This document shows positions 27,306-38,951 of a stretch of DNA of 64,000 nucleotides, one piece after another. Source of the stretch: Squalus acanthias (Eukaryota); the NCBI GenBank assembly GCA_030390025.1, contig CM059432.1, forward strand, positions 53,136,001 to 53,200,000. The letters run 5' to 3'. The translations under genes were made by a program, and so were the position numbers. The notes beneath the pieces were generated by a model that ran no database searches, was not told the origin of the DNA, and saw only the letters and a program-made list of their open reading frames with translations. The first letter of the stretch is position 1, and each line of letters starts with the position of its first letter.

Positions 27306-28817
27306 ACTGGGAGCAAGTGGTCTGACCAGAACCCTTCAATTCAGAAGCAAGGCCTTTTCCACTTTCACTCCCTGTCACCTCACCAACTTTAAATAACTCT
27401 AGATAGCTTGAAACTGTTATACAAATGATCGTTTTAATTATCGCTGGTGTGGGGTCCCTTGTGCAGCTGAACGCACGCTCAGCTGTGTATGCTGTGGAGA
27501 GGGCGTACAGTCTAATGGCGACATCCAAATCAGCAGGCCGTGCGTTATATCAGTGTTCCACGCTGATTGACATCACAATCTCCCTGATTTGCATTCTTCT
27601 GCCGAACACAGGCAATGGCTGTGCTACCGACCTGCCCTAAATGGCGACTGCCACGGCCCTCACTGGAAGTGGCCGGAAGCGAGGTGGCCGCCATTTCTCT
27701 GCCGAAACCAGCTTTAAACGCCGGCACTAAGAGGGGAAATTTTGCTGCCGAGTTATAAGTGTTTCAGGATGGAAAACCTTCTAAAGAGAAGTAAGATGCC
27801 AAGATATTGGTCCAATTCCCAGCTCCCCACTCCATCTGGGTGCATATTAGGCAGAGCGCTACTGGTGTGCACTCTGCCTGATATGACCTGGATTCCTGGG
27901 GTCAGGTCATTAATGTTAGTTAGCCTGACATACTATGCCATAGCCCTACTCCTTGGCAGGGGCTTTCACGCAAAATCAGAGAGGGAAATCTAGCCACTGC
28001 TACAGGCATAGGCCTACAGCAGCAGTAATTACACCTGTCTATGATGCCTTCTAGCTACTGTTTTCCCTTTGTCCCCAAGTCCTAACTAGTATATTACTTC
28101 TTAATGCTATTAGAGTGTTGGAATTAGCATCCAAGACCTAGAGAGATGCCTATTCATGCAACATGATGAGAGATTCTTGTTGATCAGTCCACTACATGTG
28201 TCCATGAAATGGCCTCTTACAGCAGGGAGATCCAGTGTTTTGAATTTCTACTGGACTTCTGATTCTGAAAATTTGCCGTTTCTCCACAGATGTTTATTGG
28301 TCGCTGGGGGGTGGGTGGGGGGTGGGGGTGGGGAAGGCGGTGGAGTCTGAGGAGATTGGCGGTATGTTAAAGTGAGCATACTTCCCCTTCATATGTAAGC
28401 AACATATTAAGAGACCAAGACAATGAAACATTTCTTTACTTGTCCATCACTCTAATCCATGGAATGGGACATTTCTCAAAACTTCATACATGCTAATAAA
28501 GTAACTGAGTAAAAGAAAAAGTAACTGAATATAAATTGTATATTTTATCCATGAAACCGTATTGTAATTTTTGCAGCAACCACAATGTTGATGCATTCTT
28601 TTAAAATTCACAAGGGCTGGTTTTCTGTCGGCGGAGAACCTTGCCTATCAGCTGCACAGATCAAGAACAATTGCATGAAGTATTACCACTTGGGTGAGGT
28701 ACTAAAAGGTGTTTGTACTGATGGCACTGGATCCCAGGAGAGGGGAGTAAACTGGTGAAAAAAGAAAAAAATATCGCTTATTTTTTTCTGACTTCAAAGC
28801 AATAAAATTTATTTACG

Positions 28818-31031
28818 GGGCTAAAAATTCAAGGGCTTTACACCACCTGTTACTGGCAAAATATGGCGAAAAGACGGCCGCCGCCGCTCTTTCGCCAGCT
28901 GGTGGCGGGTCCCGTGGCGTCTGCCATTTTACGAGGTTCAGCAGTGCTCCTGGTAAGAGCGATGGCCCTGCAAATTTATTTTAGGGAGAGGTGATGTCAC
29001 GCTGACTTAAAATCACCTCGGTAAACTTGAACCTTAGCGCTGAGTTCAGCGCTGGGTCCTAAGGTTGCCATGAAAACCCAGTGTTCAGCAGACTGACAGA
29101 GACGCTGTCAGCACCTCTTAAAGGGACACACACATCTTTCAGGTAAGTTTGCATTTAAGCTTTTGGACTGGATTTTATTGAAGTAGTGGCTTGGTGCAAT
29201 ACATGCTAAAAAGGTTTTTAAGTGTGCATGGAATGCTGGTGGATGCTTGCAAGGCCTTGGATGCTAAAGGAAGGCCTCTGAGAAAACAGAAAATGCTGCA
29301 AATACTCAGCTGGTCAGGCAGCATCCGTGGAGAGAGAAACAAAGCTCACGTCTCAGGTCAAGATGCTGCCTGATCTGTTGAGTATTTCCAGCATTTTATG
29401 CTTTTATTTTAGATTTCCAGCATCCACTCGCAGAGGGAAGAGAAAGCTACAGAAGAGGAAGATGCAGAAGAGGAAGAAACAGAAGAGGAGGAAATAGAAG
29501 GAAGGATGCAACACACACCCCCCCTTTTGGCCGGGATATTGGGGATGGAATCATCCATCTGCGGTACCAGTGAACGCAACCCCAATTCCCCATTCAACAT
29601 TAGTCCCACACCTTACCTTCCCTCTGTTACTGACCATCATAGCATCCTCTTGGCCACAATGCTGAAATAAAATCCACCACAAAGCAAACTTTCCAATCTG
29701 ACTGTATACATCGATCCATCCAATATGGCATCAAGAATCAACTCATCACCCTTTTGCATTCACTAATGCCTGTCTTGTGTGTGCCTTTGCCTATCCTACT
29801 GATGTCACGCAGTCCTACCCCAGTGGCTGCAGCATGGCTGGTGGAAGGCTGCTAATTTTCAGTGGGGGACACTGCAAATGGCCTTGCTGGTTGACAATGA
29901 GGAGCTGGTGGCTGGGAGTGCGAAATTGAGTGACTGTTTCTTCTTCTTCTTCTTCACTCTCCTCTCTCTCTTCTTGGTCAACCACTGGCTGGGTAGGCTG
30001 CATTTCTTGGGTGTGTGAAATGAGGAAGGCATAAGGGTGGAGTTGTGGTGAGGGGAGGGTGGGCAAGCATGAGGTGCATGCCAGAAGGAGGATAACGTAT
30101 GAGGATACCAGCATCTTGTATCCTTTCAGCCCCGCCGCTGGCCAAAGGCTCAGCCATGCCCCTGCCCAGAATGGCCAGCACCATCTCCTCCAAGGGGGTG
30201 AGGTGAAGCTAGGAATGGGAGGTGTGCCTCGTGATTGGTACAGTTTGTTGGTAGGTGAGTGATTGGTGGGGGTGGGGGGCCGGTGGGGGAAGTCGTGCAT
30301 TGTACAGTGTGTGAGGCAAGTGATTCAGTTGGTAGGAGACGGCTTTTGAAGATACATTCACTGATCTTGACCAGTGGTCTGAGGTCATGAAGCTTCTTTG
30401 GGCACTGGAGCCAAGTGGTGGGGGCCACACTGCCGGCAGTGACGACCTCGGTGATGTGGTCCCACATTGTTCTTTCTGGATGGCCTCCTGGCCCCTGTGG
30501 GTAGAGGATCTCTCTTGCAGTGTTGACCTCCTGCACAAAGCTGGAGTGCTGAGTGCGAGATTTGTGTTAGTGCTGAAGAACATTCCCATTTTTTGAGGTG
30601 TGGAAGGGAATTCAACTTTAAGAGCTGAAGACTCCCATTTGGGACTTCTTTTTAATGTTAATTTTTTTCTGAAAAGGCAGTGAGGGCTGAAAACTGCATT
30701 TTTAAATTCAATTTTAATTTTTATCAGTTCAGAAGGCCTTGCGCTTTTAATGCATTGCCCTTTTAATGTCCCACAATGGCTAGCAAACTCATTGCCTCAT
30801 TTCCAGAGGCTGTTGGAAGATGGAACGCCGTTTCTGGACACCAGCTTCGCTACTGATGCCTGCGCTATCGCCACCAGGAGGGCGTTACACGGTGAGTTTA
30901 GCGCTGGGCTAAAACTCTTTAATCCCCAGCACAAATGTTTCTCTCCTACTGGTGCGACCATTTTCAGCGGCCATTACCCTGAGGACGCAGTGACACCGGC
31001 GACTTTTGTGGCAGCCATGAATTTCTAGGCC
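28818..31031. mobile_element. Internally deleted Harbinger derivative
   Basis: TIR GGGCTAAAAATTCA / TGAATTTCTAGGCC. Myb remnant on the minus strand (TWLQCPKKLHDL). Similar to 57578-60536. Confidence 0.7.
29283..29425. mobile_element. Old fold-back pLTR mini-insertion of PLE family B
   Basis: Inverted arms AAAATGCTG.AAATACTCAGC.GGTCAGGCAGCATC / GATGCTGCCTGATCTGTTGAGTATTTCCAGCATTTT, plus tail AGATTTCCAGCATCC matching 2805-2870. Confidence 0.75.
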
Positions 31032-31662
31032 ACTGTTTCTTGAATGCACAATGTTATGTAAGAACCTACAAACAGTTTTAAAGTTTTATATCATCTTCTT
31101 GGAATCTTAAGTTGCCTTAACCAAAGGCACTTTTCTCAGATCATTATTGTGATCGTTAATGATGCTTTATTCAGTGAGGTCTTACCAAAGTCTTTAAAAT
31201 GAGCTTCTAGTGCAGCATGCTTTAAGACGATTTTTCTTAATCTTATTTCGAATCATAGGGGGAGAAATTCGATATAGCCCCGTTTGGGGCGCTAAAACTT
31301 TAAGGGGGAATAATTAGGTCGCGCCCCATTTGGGGCGCAAATATCGTCTGGACGCAAATATTAGCGCCTGGCGCTAATTATCGGCACTGACTGGAAACTT
31401 CACTTTACCGCCCCGGGAGGTGAGTGGAGCGCTAAATCAGGCGCTGCACACCTGTCTTAAGGCGCAAAGGCCGAGCAGTGAGGCGCTAACTCAGCGCGCG
31501 AGCGCAGCGCAGCTGCTGCCAGTTAGCGAGGGAACACAGACACACTGGCGCCGGCCACTTCTTAAAGCGGGGGGGGGCCAACTTGCTCCCCAGCCACACC
31601 CTGCTCATTGCAGCCTTGAATCTCGGCCTGGAGAGACCTGTGAATCCATTTTGCTGCCAAGG

Positions 31663-34600
31663 ATGGAGAGGGTGAGAGAACGAGCTCATCGCTTCACCGA
31701 GCGGGCCTTGGATGCTCTGGTTGGCGCGGTGGAGCGCAGAAGATGTATACTCTTCCCTGAGAGTGGCAGGAGGTCTTTGCCACGCGAGTTCAGAAGAGTG
31801 TGGAGGGAGGTGGCTCAGAGCATCTCCTCCAGGAGCATGGTGCCCAGGACCCATACTCAATGCCGCAAAAAGTTCAGTGACCTCACTCGAGTCGTCAGGG
31901 TGAGTGGCTTTTTCTCAATACCTCTCCATCCCTCCATCTCAACCTCACTCTATGGCCAGAGGGTCTTAAAACCCCAATGCACAACACTCATCCAACACCT
32001 ATGGCCCTTTCATGAAACACACACACACATTCCACACTTTGCATACAGTAAGGGCTATTCACCTATGGGAGGCACATCAGGCAAGACCATGGCTGCATAC
32101 AGTAAGGGCTATTCACCTATGGGAGGCACATCAGGCAAGACCATGGCTGTATATTTACTCAGATGCTGTCCTTTTTCTTACATGATGTGGAGATGCCGGC
32201 GTTGGACTGGGGTGGACAAAAATGAGAAGTCGCACAACACCAGGTTATAGTCCAACAGATTTATTTAATTTTACAAGCTTTCGGAACAGTTCGCTCCTTC
32301 GTCAGGTAAGTTAGCAGTGAGAGAATCTCCCAGAATTCACAATTTAAACACAGACAAAATATATTCAAATCTTTCCTACATCAAAGAGCACAGCCAAGAC
32401 AATGAGATGTGTCCCAGGGGGTCCAACGTGTCAAACCACCTGCTGGCTGCATATCCTGTCAATCTGTGTAGGTTCTTGTGTTAGTCTTTTAAAAAAAAAA
32501 ATACCTGGGAAGACCGGCCATGATGTCAAGTCACGTTCTGTATCGTGACATGAACCCGATATCGCGATTGAGGCCATCCTCATGAGTGCGGAACTTGGCT
32601 ATCAGTTTCTGCTCTATGATTTTGCGCTGTCGTGTATCTCGAAGGCCGCCTTGGAGAACGCTTACCCGCATATCCGAGGCTGAATGCCCCTGGCTGCTGA
32701 AGTGTTCCCCGACTGGGAGGCAACCCTCCTGCCTGGCGATTGTTGCGCGGTGTCCGTTCATACGTTGTCTCAGTGTCTGCATGGTCTCGCCGATGTACCA
32801 TGCTCTGGAGCATCCTTTACTGCAACGTATCAGGTAGACAACGTTGGCCGAGTCACATGAGTATGTACCGTGTACCTGGTGGGTAGTGTCCTCACGTGTG
32901 ATGATGGTATCTGTGTCCATGATTTGGCATGCCTTGCAGAGGTTGCCGTGGCAGGGTTGTGTGGTGTCTTGGTTGCTGTTCTCCTGAAAGATGGGTAATC
33001 TGCTGCGAACGATGGTACTTTTGAGGTTAGGCGGCTGCTTGAAGGCGAGTAGTGGAGGCGTGGGGATGGCCTTAGCAAGGTGTTCGTCGTCATCGATGAC
33101 ATGTTGAAGGCTGCGAAGAACATGGCGTAGTTTTTCCGCTCCGGGGAAGTACTGGACGACGTAGGGTACTCTGTTGGTTGTGTCCCGTGTTCGTCTTCTG
33201 AGGAGGTCTATGCGGTTTTTCGCTGTGGCCCGTCGGAACTGTCGATCGACGAGTCGAGCGTCATATCCCGTTCTTACGAGGGCGTCTTTCAGTGTCCGTA
33301 GGTGTCCATCGCGTTCCTCCTCGTCTGAGCAGATCCTGTGTATTCGCAGGGCTTGTCCATAGGGGATGGCTTCTTTAACGTGGTTAGGGTGGAAGCTGGA
33401 GAAGTGGAGCATCGTGAGGTTGTCCGTGGGCTTGCGGTAGAGTGAAGTGCTGAGGCGTCCGTCTTTGATGGAGATTCGTGTGTCCAAGAATGAAACCGAT
33501 TCTGAGGAGTAGTCCATGGTGAGTTTGATGGTGGGATGGAACCTGTTGATGCTATCGTGTAGTCCTTTCAGTGATCCTTCGCTGTGGGTCCAAAGGAAGA
33601 AGATGTCGTCGATGTATCTGGTGTACAGCGTTGGTTGGAGGTCCTGTGCAGCGAAGAAGTCTTGCTCGAACTTGTGCATGAAGATGTTGGCATATTGGGG
33701 TGCGAATTTGGTCCCCATGGCTGTTCCGTGTGTTTGGGTAAAAAAATGGTTGTCGAAGGTGAAGACATTGTGGTCAAGGATGAAGCGGATGAGTTGTAGG
33801 ATGGCGTCCGGAGATTGGCTGTTGTTGGTGTTGAGTACTGAGGCTGTCGCAGCGATGCCGTCATTGTGGGGGATATTGGTGTAGAGTGCCGATACGTCCA
33901 TTGTGACGAGGAGTGTTCCTGGTTCAACTGGTCCATGGGTGCTGAGTTTCTGCAAGAAGTCTGTAGTGTCGCGACAGAAGCTGGGGGTTCCCTGTACGAT
34001 GGGTTTCAGGATGCCCTCGACGTACCCAGAGAGGTTCTCACACAGGGTTCCGTTGCCTGATACGATAGGACGTCCGGGTGTGTTGGCTTTGTGTATCTTT
34101 GGGAGGCAGTAAAAGTCTCCTACGCGGGGAGTACGTGGGATGAGAGCGCGCAGGATGTTTTGAAGGTCTGGATCGAAGGTCTTGATCAGTCTATTGAGTT
34201 GGCGGGTGTGTTCTTTGGTCGGATCTGCGGGTAGCTGTCTGTAGTGTTCCTGGTTGTCCAGTTGTCGGTATGCTTCTTTGCAATAGTCCATTCTGTTCTG
34301 TATGACGATGGCTCCTCCTTTGTCCGCTGATTTGATGACGATGTTGCGGTTGGTCTTGAGTGCGTGGATGGTGTTGCGTTGTGCTCGGGTGACATTCTGG
34401 ACTGTCTTGTGAGTACGGCTGATGAATCTGGCGTTGATGCATTTCCTGACAGCTTGAGCATACATGTCAAGCTTAGGGTTGCGACCCTCCGGAGGGGTCC
34501 AATTTGACTCTTTCTTCCTCGGTTGTAGCACTGCGGTTCCCTCTGTCTGCTGTTCCGGATCATTGATTGTCCCATTAGGAATGTTGCTGACATCTTGGGA

Positions 34601-37600
34601 TTTGTGGTAGTATTCCCGGATCCTCATTCTCCTGATGAATTCCTCTGTGTCCGCCGCGAGACCGATGGGGTCCATTTTGGTGGTGGGGCAGAACTTGAGC
34701 CCTCGGGCGAGAACTTCGATTTCGTCTGGTTGAAGGGTGTGGTCCGACAGGTTGACGATGGACTTCCCTGTGGTTGCAACCGTGGTACCGGGGGAGGCTT
34801 GGTTGTAGCTGGTGGTTACGCCGAGTTTCTCAAGCTTCCTGTTCTTGATGCGCATGTAGGCAGCGTAGTTCCGTTGCCTCGTCTGTTTGGCGGTGTCTCG
34901 TAGCTGGTCTGCTGTGTCCTGAGCACAGGCTGAGAGCATGGACTCTATCTTGGTTTCAAGGTTGCGACGTCTGCTGTAGAGCTGGTGTACGAGATGGTTG
35001 AGGAGTGTGCGACAGGTACGATGGCAAAGTCTCTCAGCGTAGTCTGTGTTGTATGTCGACTTGAGTGGGTTCGTGATCTGTAGTCCTTTCGGAATCTTGT
35101 CTGCTTTCTTGCATCTCTGCAGGTACTTGATGTCTGTGTCAATATGCGCGATCTTCTTGGCGATTCTCTCCACTTTGAGCCGGCAGTTTGCGGTGTCAAT
35201 AGAGGTCATGATGTGGAGATGCCGGCGTTGGACTGGGGTGGACAAAAATGAGAAGTCGCACAACACCAGGTTATAGTCCAACAGATTTATTTAATTTTAC
35301 AAGCTTTCGGAACAGTTCGCTCCTTCGTCAGGTAAGTTAGCAGTGAGAGAATCTCCCAGAATTCACAATTTAAACACAGACAAAATATATTCAAATCTTT
35401 CCTACATCAAAGAGCACAGCCAAGACAATGAGATGTGTCCCAGGGGGTCCAACGTGTCAAACCACCTGCTGGCTGCATATCCTGTCAATCTGTGTAGGTT
35501 CTTGTGTTAGTCTTTTAAAAAAAAAAATACCTGGGAAGACCGGCCATGATGTCAAGTCACGTTCTGTATCGTGACATGAACCCGATATCGCGATTGAGGC
35601 CATCCTCATGAGTGCGGAACTTGGCTATCAGTTTCTGCTCTATGATTTTGCGCTGTCGTGTATCTCGAAGGCCGCCTTGGAGAACGCTTACCCGCATATC
35701 CGAGGCTGAATGCCCCTGGCTGCTGAAGTGTTCCCCGACTGGACGCCATCCTACAACTCATCCGCTTCATCCTTGACCACAATGTCTTCACCTTCGACAA
35801 CCATTTTTTTACCCAAACACACGGAACAGCCATGGGGACCAAATTCGCACCCCAATATGCCAACATCTTCATGCACAAGTTCGAGCAAGACTTCTTCGCT
35901 GCACAGGACCTCCAACCAACGCTGTACACCAGATACATCGACGACATCTTCTTCCTTTGGACCCACGGCGAAGGATCACTGAAAGGACTACACGATAGCA
36001 TCAACAGGTTCCATCCCACCATCAAACTCACCATGGACTACTCCTCAGAATCGGTTTCATTCTTGGACACACGAATCTCCATCAAAGACGGACGCCTCAG
36101 CACTTCACTCTACCGCAAGCCCACGGACAACCTCACGATGCTCCACTTCTCCAGCTTCCACCCTAACCACGTTAAAGAAGCCATCCCCTATGGACAAGCC
36201 CTGCGAATACACAGGATCTGCTCAGATGAGGAGGAACGCGATGGACACCTACGGACACTGAAAGACGCCCTCGTAAGAACGGGATATGACGCTCGACTCG
36301 TCGATCGACAGTTCCGACGGGCCACAGCGAAAAACCGCATAGACCTCCTCAGAAGACGAACACGGGACACAACCAACAGAGTACCCTACGTCGTCCAGTA
36401 CTTCCCCGGAGCGGAAAAACTACGCCATGTTCTTCGCAGCCTTCAACATGTCATCGATGACGACGAACACCTTGCTAAGGCCATCCCCACGCCTCCACTA
36501 CTCGCCTTCAAGCAGCCGCCTAACCTCAAAAGTACCATCGTTCGCAGCAGATTACCCATCTTTCAGGAGAACAGCAACCAAGACACCACACAACCCTGCC
36601 ACGGCAACCTCTGCAAGGCATGCCAAATCATGGACACAGATACCATCATCACACGTGAGGACACTACCCACCAGGTACACGGTACATACTCATGTGACTC
36701 GGCCAACGTTGTCTACCTGATACGTTGCAGTAAAGGATGCTCCAGAGCATGGTACATCGGCGAGACCATGCAGACACTGAGACAACGTATGAACGGACAT
36801 CGCGCAACAATCGCCAGGCAGGAGGGTTGCCTCCCAGTCGGGGAACACTTCAGCAGCCAGGGGCATTCAGCCTCGGATATGCGGGTAAGCGTTCTCCAAG
36901 GCGGCCTTCGAGATACACGACAGCGCAAAATCATAGAGCAGAAACTGATAGCCAAGTTCCGCACTCATGAGGATGGCCTCAATCGCGATATCGGGTTCAT
37001 GTCACGATACAGAACGTGACTTGACATCATGGCCGGTCTTCCCAGGTATTTTTTTTTTTAAAAGACTAACACAAGAACCTACACAGATTGACAGGATATG
37101 CAGCCAGCAGGTGGTTTGACACGTTGGACCCCCTGGGACACATCTCATTGTCTTGGCTGTGCTCTTTGATGTAGGAAAGATTTGAATATATTTTGTCTGT
37201 GTTTAAATTGTGAATTCTGGGAGATTCTCTCACTGCTAACTTACCTGACGAAGGAGCGAACTGTTCCGAAAGCTTGTAAAATTAAATAAATCTGTTGGAC
37301 TATAACCTGGTGTTGTGCGACTTCTCACTTTTTCTTACAGGCCAAGCTGGCGCATAATCGGAGACAGCAGCAACGGACGGGTGGAGGGCGGCCTCAGCTG
37401 CAACCCCTCAGCGATCTTGAGGAGCGCGTCCACAGGATTGTGGCAAGCCGGGTGATCGGTCCTGTCGCCACTGGAGACGCCGACCCCGTTCTGGACAGCA
37501 ATAGTAAGGTCATCACCTTTTTGTCCCCTGTCCTTCCACTTGTCCCTCACAACACCAGCCTTTGACACTTTCAATCCAACTTGCTAACTCGCTGCACTTA

Positions 37601-38465
37601 TTCCTCCCTTACTGCCACCCTGTCCTCACGCTAAAGCCACTCTTGTACCTCCCTGCTTTCAGATGGTGATTCACCAGCTGAGGAGACGGGCCCTGAAGCT
37701 GCCACTGGGAGTGATGCTGCAGCTGAGGAGGAAGAGGAAGCCGGAGCATCAGTGCCACCCTCTCCCGAGGAAGCCCATGCCCACACTGGGAACACGCCTT
37801 CCCTGGAGGGGAGCAGGGGGGAAGGGTCTGATGAGGGTGAAGCTCCAGGACCCAGCGGGCTGCAGCAATGCCATGAGGGTAGGGAAGAACGGGGGCCTTC
37901 TCCCCAGAGGGAGAGTATGCCAGACACTCCTACTGCAATGGACGCAGAGGAGGAGCGGCTGATTGCAGAAATGAACAGCCAGGCGGTGGGCATGCACACT
38001 GAGCTCATGGGTGCAGTGGGAAGGGTGCCCGAATGCATTGAGGCACTGGCAAGGAGTGTGGAGCACTTCGCTGTAGCACAGGCGGATGCCACACTAACGC
38101 TTAGTGCTGCAATTCAGTCACTGGCTGCCGTGATCCCATCTCTGACTGCTCTCATGCAGACTCAGATTGAGGCCACGCGAGCACAGACTGCTGCCAACCT
38201 CGATGGTTCGTTCACATGTCCCTGGGGCTGTCACCGCGCCGCAGCAGGCCAGCAATCTGTTCTCCAGCAGATTGCTCCGGATGCTGAAGTGCTGCCCCGT
38301 GGGAGTGCCAGTGTGTCGGGCGAGCAGGGAGTTGCTGTCCTCTCTCACGATGACAGCATTCCTGCTGCCAACACTGTCACTTCTCCACTGCACTTGCCAC
38401 CGCCTGTAGGACAGACTGCTGCCGCCCATGCAGAGTTGGTGCAGTCTGCAGCCGGGCCCTCTTAG
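31663..38465 (+). CDS. Harbinger Myb/SANT-like DNA-binding protein, 3 exons (31663-31899, 37341-37503, 37663-38465); premature TAG removes the last ~58 codons
   Basis: Myb motif RF...LDAL...W..VA...RTHTQCRKKFSDL. GT-AG junctions give a continuous frame of about 400 aa. The ancestral stop is at 38637-39 by comparison with copy 2. Confidence 0.8.
32041..32148 (+). repeat. 54-bp tandem repeat, 2 units, in Myb intron 1
   Basis: GCATACAGTAAGGGCTATTCACCTATGGGAGGCACATCAGGCAAGACCATGGCT x2. Confidence 0.95.
32271..32309 (-). ncRNA. Hammerhead ribozyme, 3' pLTR
   Basis: TTAC-CTGACGA-A-GGAGC gaact GTTCC-GAAAGCTT-GTAA on the minus strand. Confidence 0.88.
32531..35209 (-). CDS. Intact PLE polyprotein (RT + Cys linker + GIY-YIG endonuclease), ~892 aa from the first ATG
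   Basis: Open frame with KSADKG, LPKIHK, RPIVS, MDVSALYT, GTAMGT, RYIDD, PCHGNLCKAC linker and VVYLIRC...YIGET...R...H...E...GLN. Confidence 0.95.
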   Translation of the reverse strand: MTSIDTANCRLKVERIAKKIAHIDTDIKYLQRCKKADKIPKGLQITNPLKSTYNTDYAERLCHRTCRTLLNHLVHQLYSRRRNLETKIESMLSACAQDTADQLRDTAKQTRQRNYAAYMRIKNRKLEKLGVTTSYNQASPGTTVATTGKSIVNLSDHTLQPDEIEVLARGLKFCPTTKMDPIGLAADTEEFIRRMRIREYYHKSQDVSNIPNGTINDPEQQTEGTAVLQPRKKESNWTPPEGRNPKLDMYAQAVRKCINARFISRTHKTVQNVTRAQRNTIHALKTNRNIVIKSADKGGAIVIQNRMDYCKEAYRQLDNQEHYRQLPADPTKEHTRQLNRLIKTFDPDLQNILRALIPRTPRVGDFYCLPKIHKANTPGRPIVSGNGTLCENLSGYVEGILKPIVQGTPSFCRDTTDFLQKLSTHGPVEPGTLLVTMDVSALYTNIPHNDGIAATASVLNTNNSQSPDAILQLIRFILDHNVFTFDNHFFTQTHGTAMGTKFAPQYANIFMHKFEQDFFAAQDLQPTLYTRYIDDIFFLWTHSEGSLKGLHDSINRFHPTIKLTMDYSSESVSFLDTRISIKDGRLSTSLYRKPTDNLTMLHFSSFHPNHVKEAIPYGQALRIHRICSDEEERDGHLRTLKDALVRTGYDARLVDRQFRRATAKNRIDLLRRRTRDTTNRVPYVVQYFPGAEKLRHVLRSLQHVIDDDEHLAKAIPTPPLLAFKQPPNLKSTIVRSRLPIFQENSNQDTTQPCHGNLCKACQIMDTDTIITREDTTHQVHGTYSCDSANVVYLIRCSKGCSRAWYIGETMQTLRQRMNGHRATIARQEGCLPVGEHFSSQGHSASDMRVSVLQGGLRDTRQRKIIEQKLIAKFRTHEDGLNRDIGFMSRYRT
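35297..35335 (-). ncRNA. Hammerhead ribozyme, 5' pLTR
   Basis: Identical to 32271-32309; lies about 90 nt upstream of the ORF ATG. Confidence 0.88.
35741..37327 (+). mobile_element. Inverted 5'-truncated copy of the PLE (ORF fragment to 37019)
   Basis: Reverse complement of about 32223-33809, with only about 3 substitutions seen by eye. GG microhomology at the junction. Confidence 0.95.
37241..37279 (+). ncRNA. Hammerhead ribozyme, inverted pLTR
   Basis: TTAC-CTGACGA-A-GGAGC gaact GTTCC-GAAAGCTT-GTAA. Confidence 0.88.
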
Positions 38466-38951
38466 CCCAGAACTGGTCGAGGCCGTCCTTCAGGGGCATC
38501 TGCAGTGTCAGGGTCTGACGAGCAGCAGCCTTCCACCAGCCTTGCTGCAGCCACTGAGGTCCCATTACGGAGGAGCAGTAGGGTTAGAAGGGGGGAAGTG
38601 CGCAAGGGAAGGAGATCACCCTCGAAGGGCAAAAAGTAGGAGGTGTGACAAAATGCTGGTCATTTTTTTATTAAAGGTCGAGGTTCATGGTCCATCTTTT
38701 GTTTAGTGTTTTGGACATTATCTCCAGGTTGTGAGAACCAGTTATGTTATTGACTGTTTTTTTGTGTTTATTTCTATGAGTTTGTCATGAGGAATTGACA
38801 CACACAGAGTTTGTAAAATAAATAAGTTTCTGTATTCAAAATATACATGGTTGGTGGTTGGAATTATTGGTGCCTTGGCCGGCTTAGGGGTTGCGTGCTG
38901 GGTTCATTAATGTTGTTAGCAATGGCAGAAGCCATTTCCACAGCAGGGGCC

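Larger units (their letters stand above)
24328..27749. mobile_element. Degraded Harbinger transposon (Myb +, transposase -)
   Basis: Myb exon 2 and 3 remnants with acceptors at 24542 and 24847. Minus-strand HARBI1-like ORF 26553-27134 (LRFSKE, HDAFIL, GDKGY). G/C-rich AAATT termini. Confidence 0.8.
32183..37327 (-). mobile_element. Young Penelope-like element, family A (Neptune-like): pLTR-ORF-pLTR plus inverted partial copy
   Basis: Direct repeats about 32181-32716 / 35207-35742 (offset 3026). Inverted copy 35741-37327. 12-bp TSD CTTTTTCTTACA (32171-82 / 37328-39). Confidence 0.95.

Noticed and set aside
31420..32250. 276-aa ORF as a novel fusion protein
   Set aside because: It starts at a non-ATG codon and is Myb exon 1 plus intron read-through into the antisense pLTR.
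35210..35281. N-terminal 24 codons of the 916-aa ORF call
   Set aside because: Begins at TTG inside the pLTR. The first ATG at 35209 is the more plausible start.
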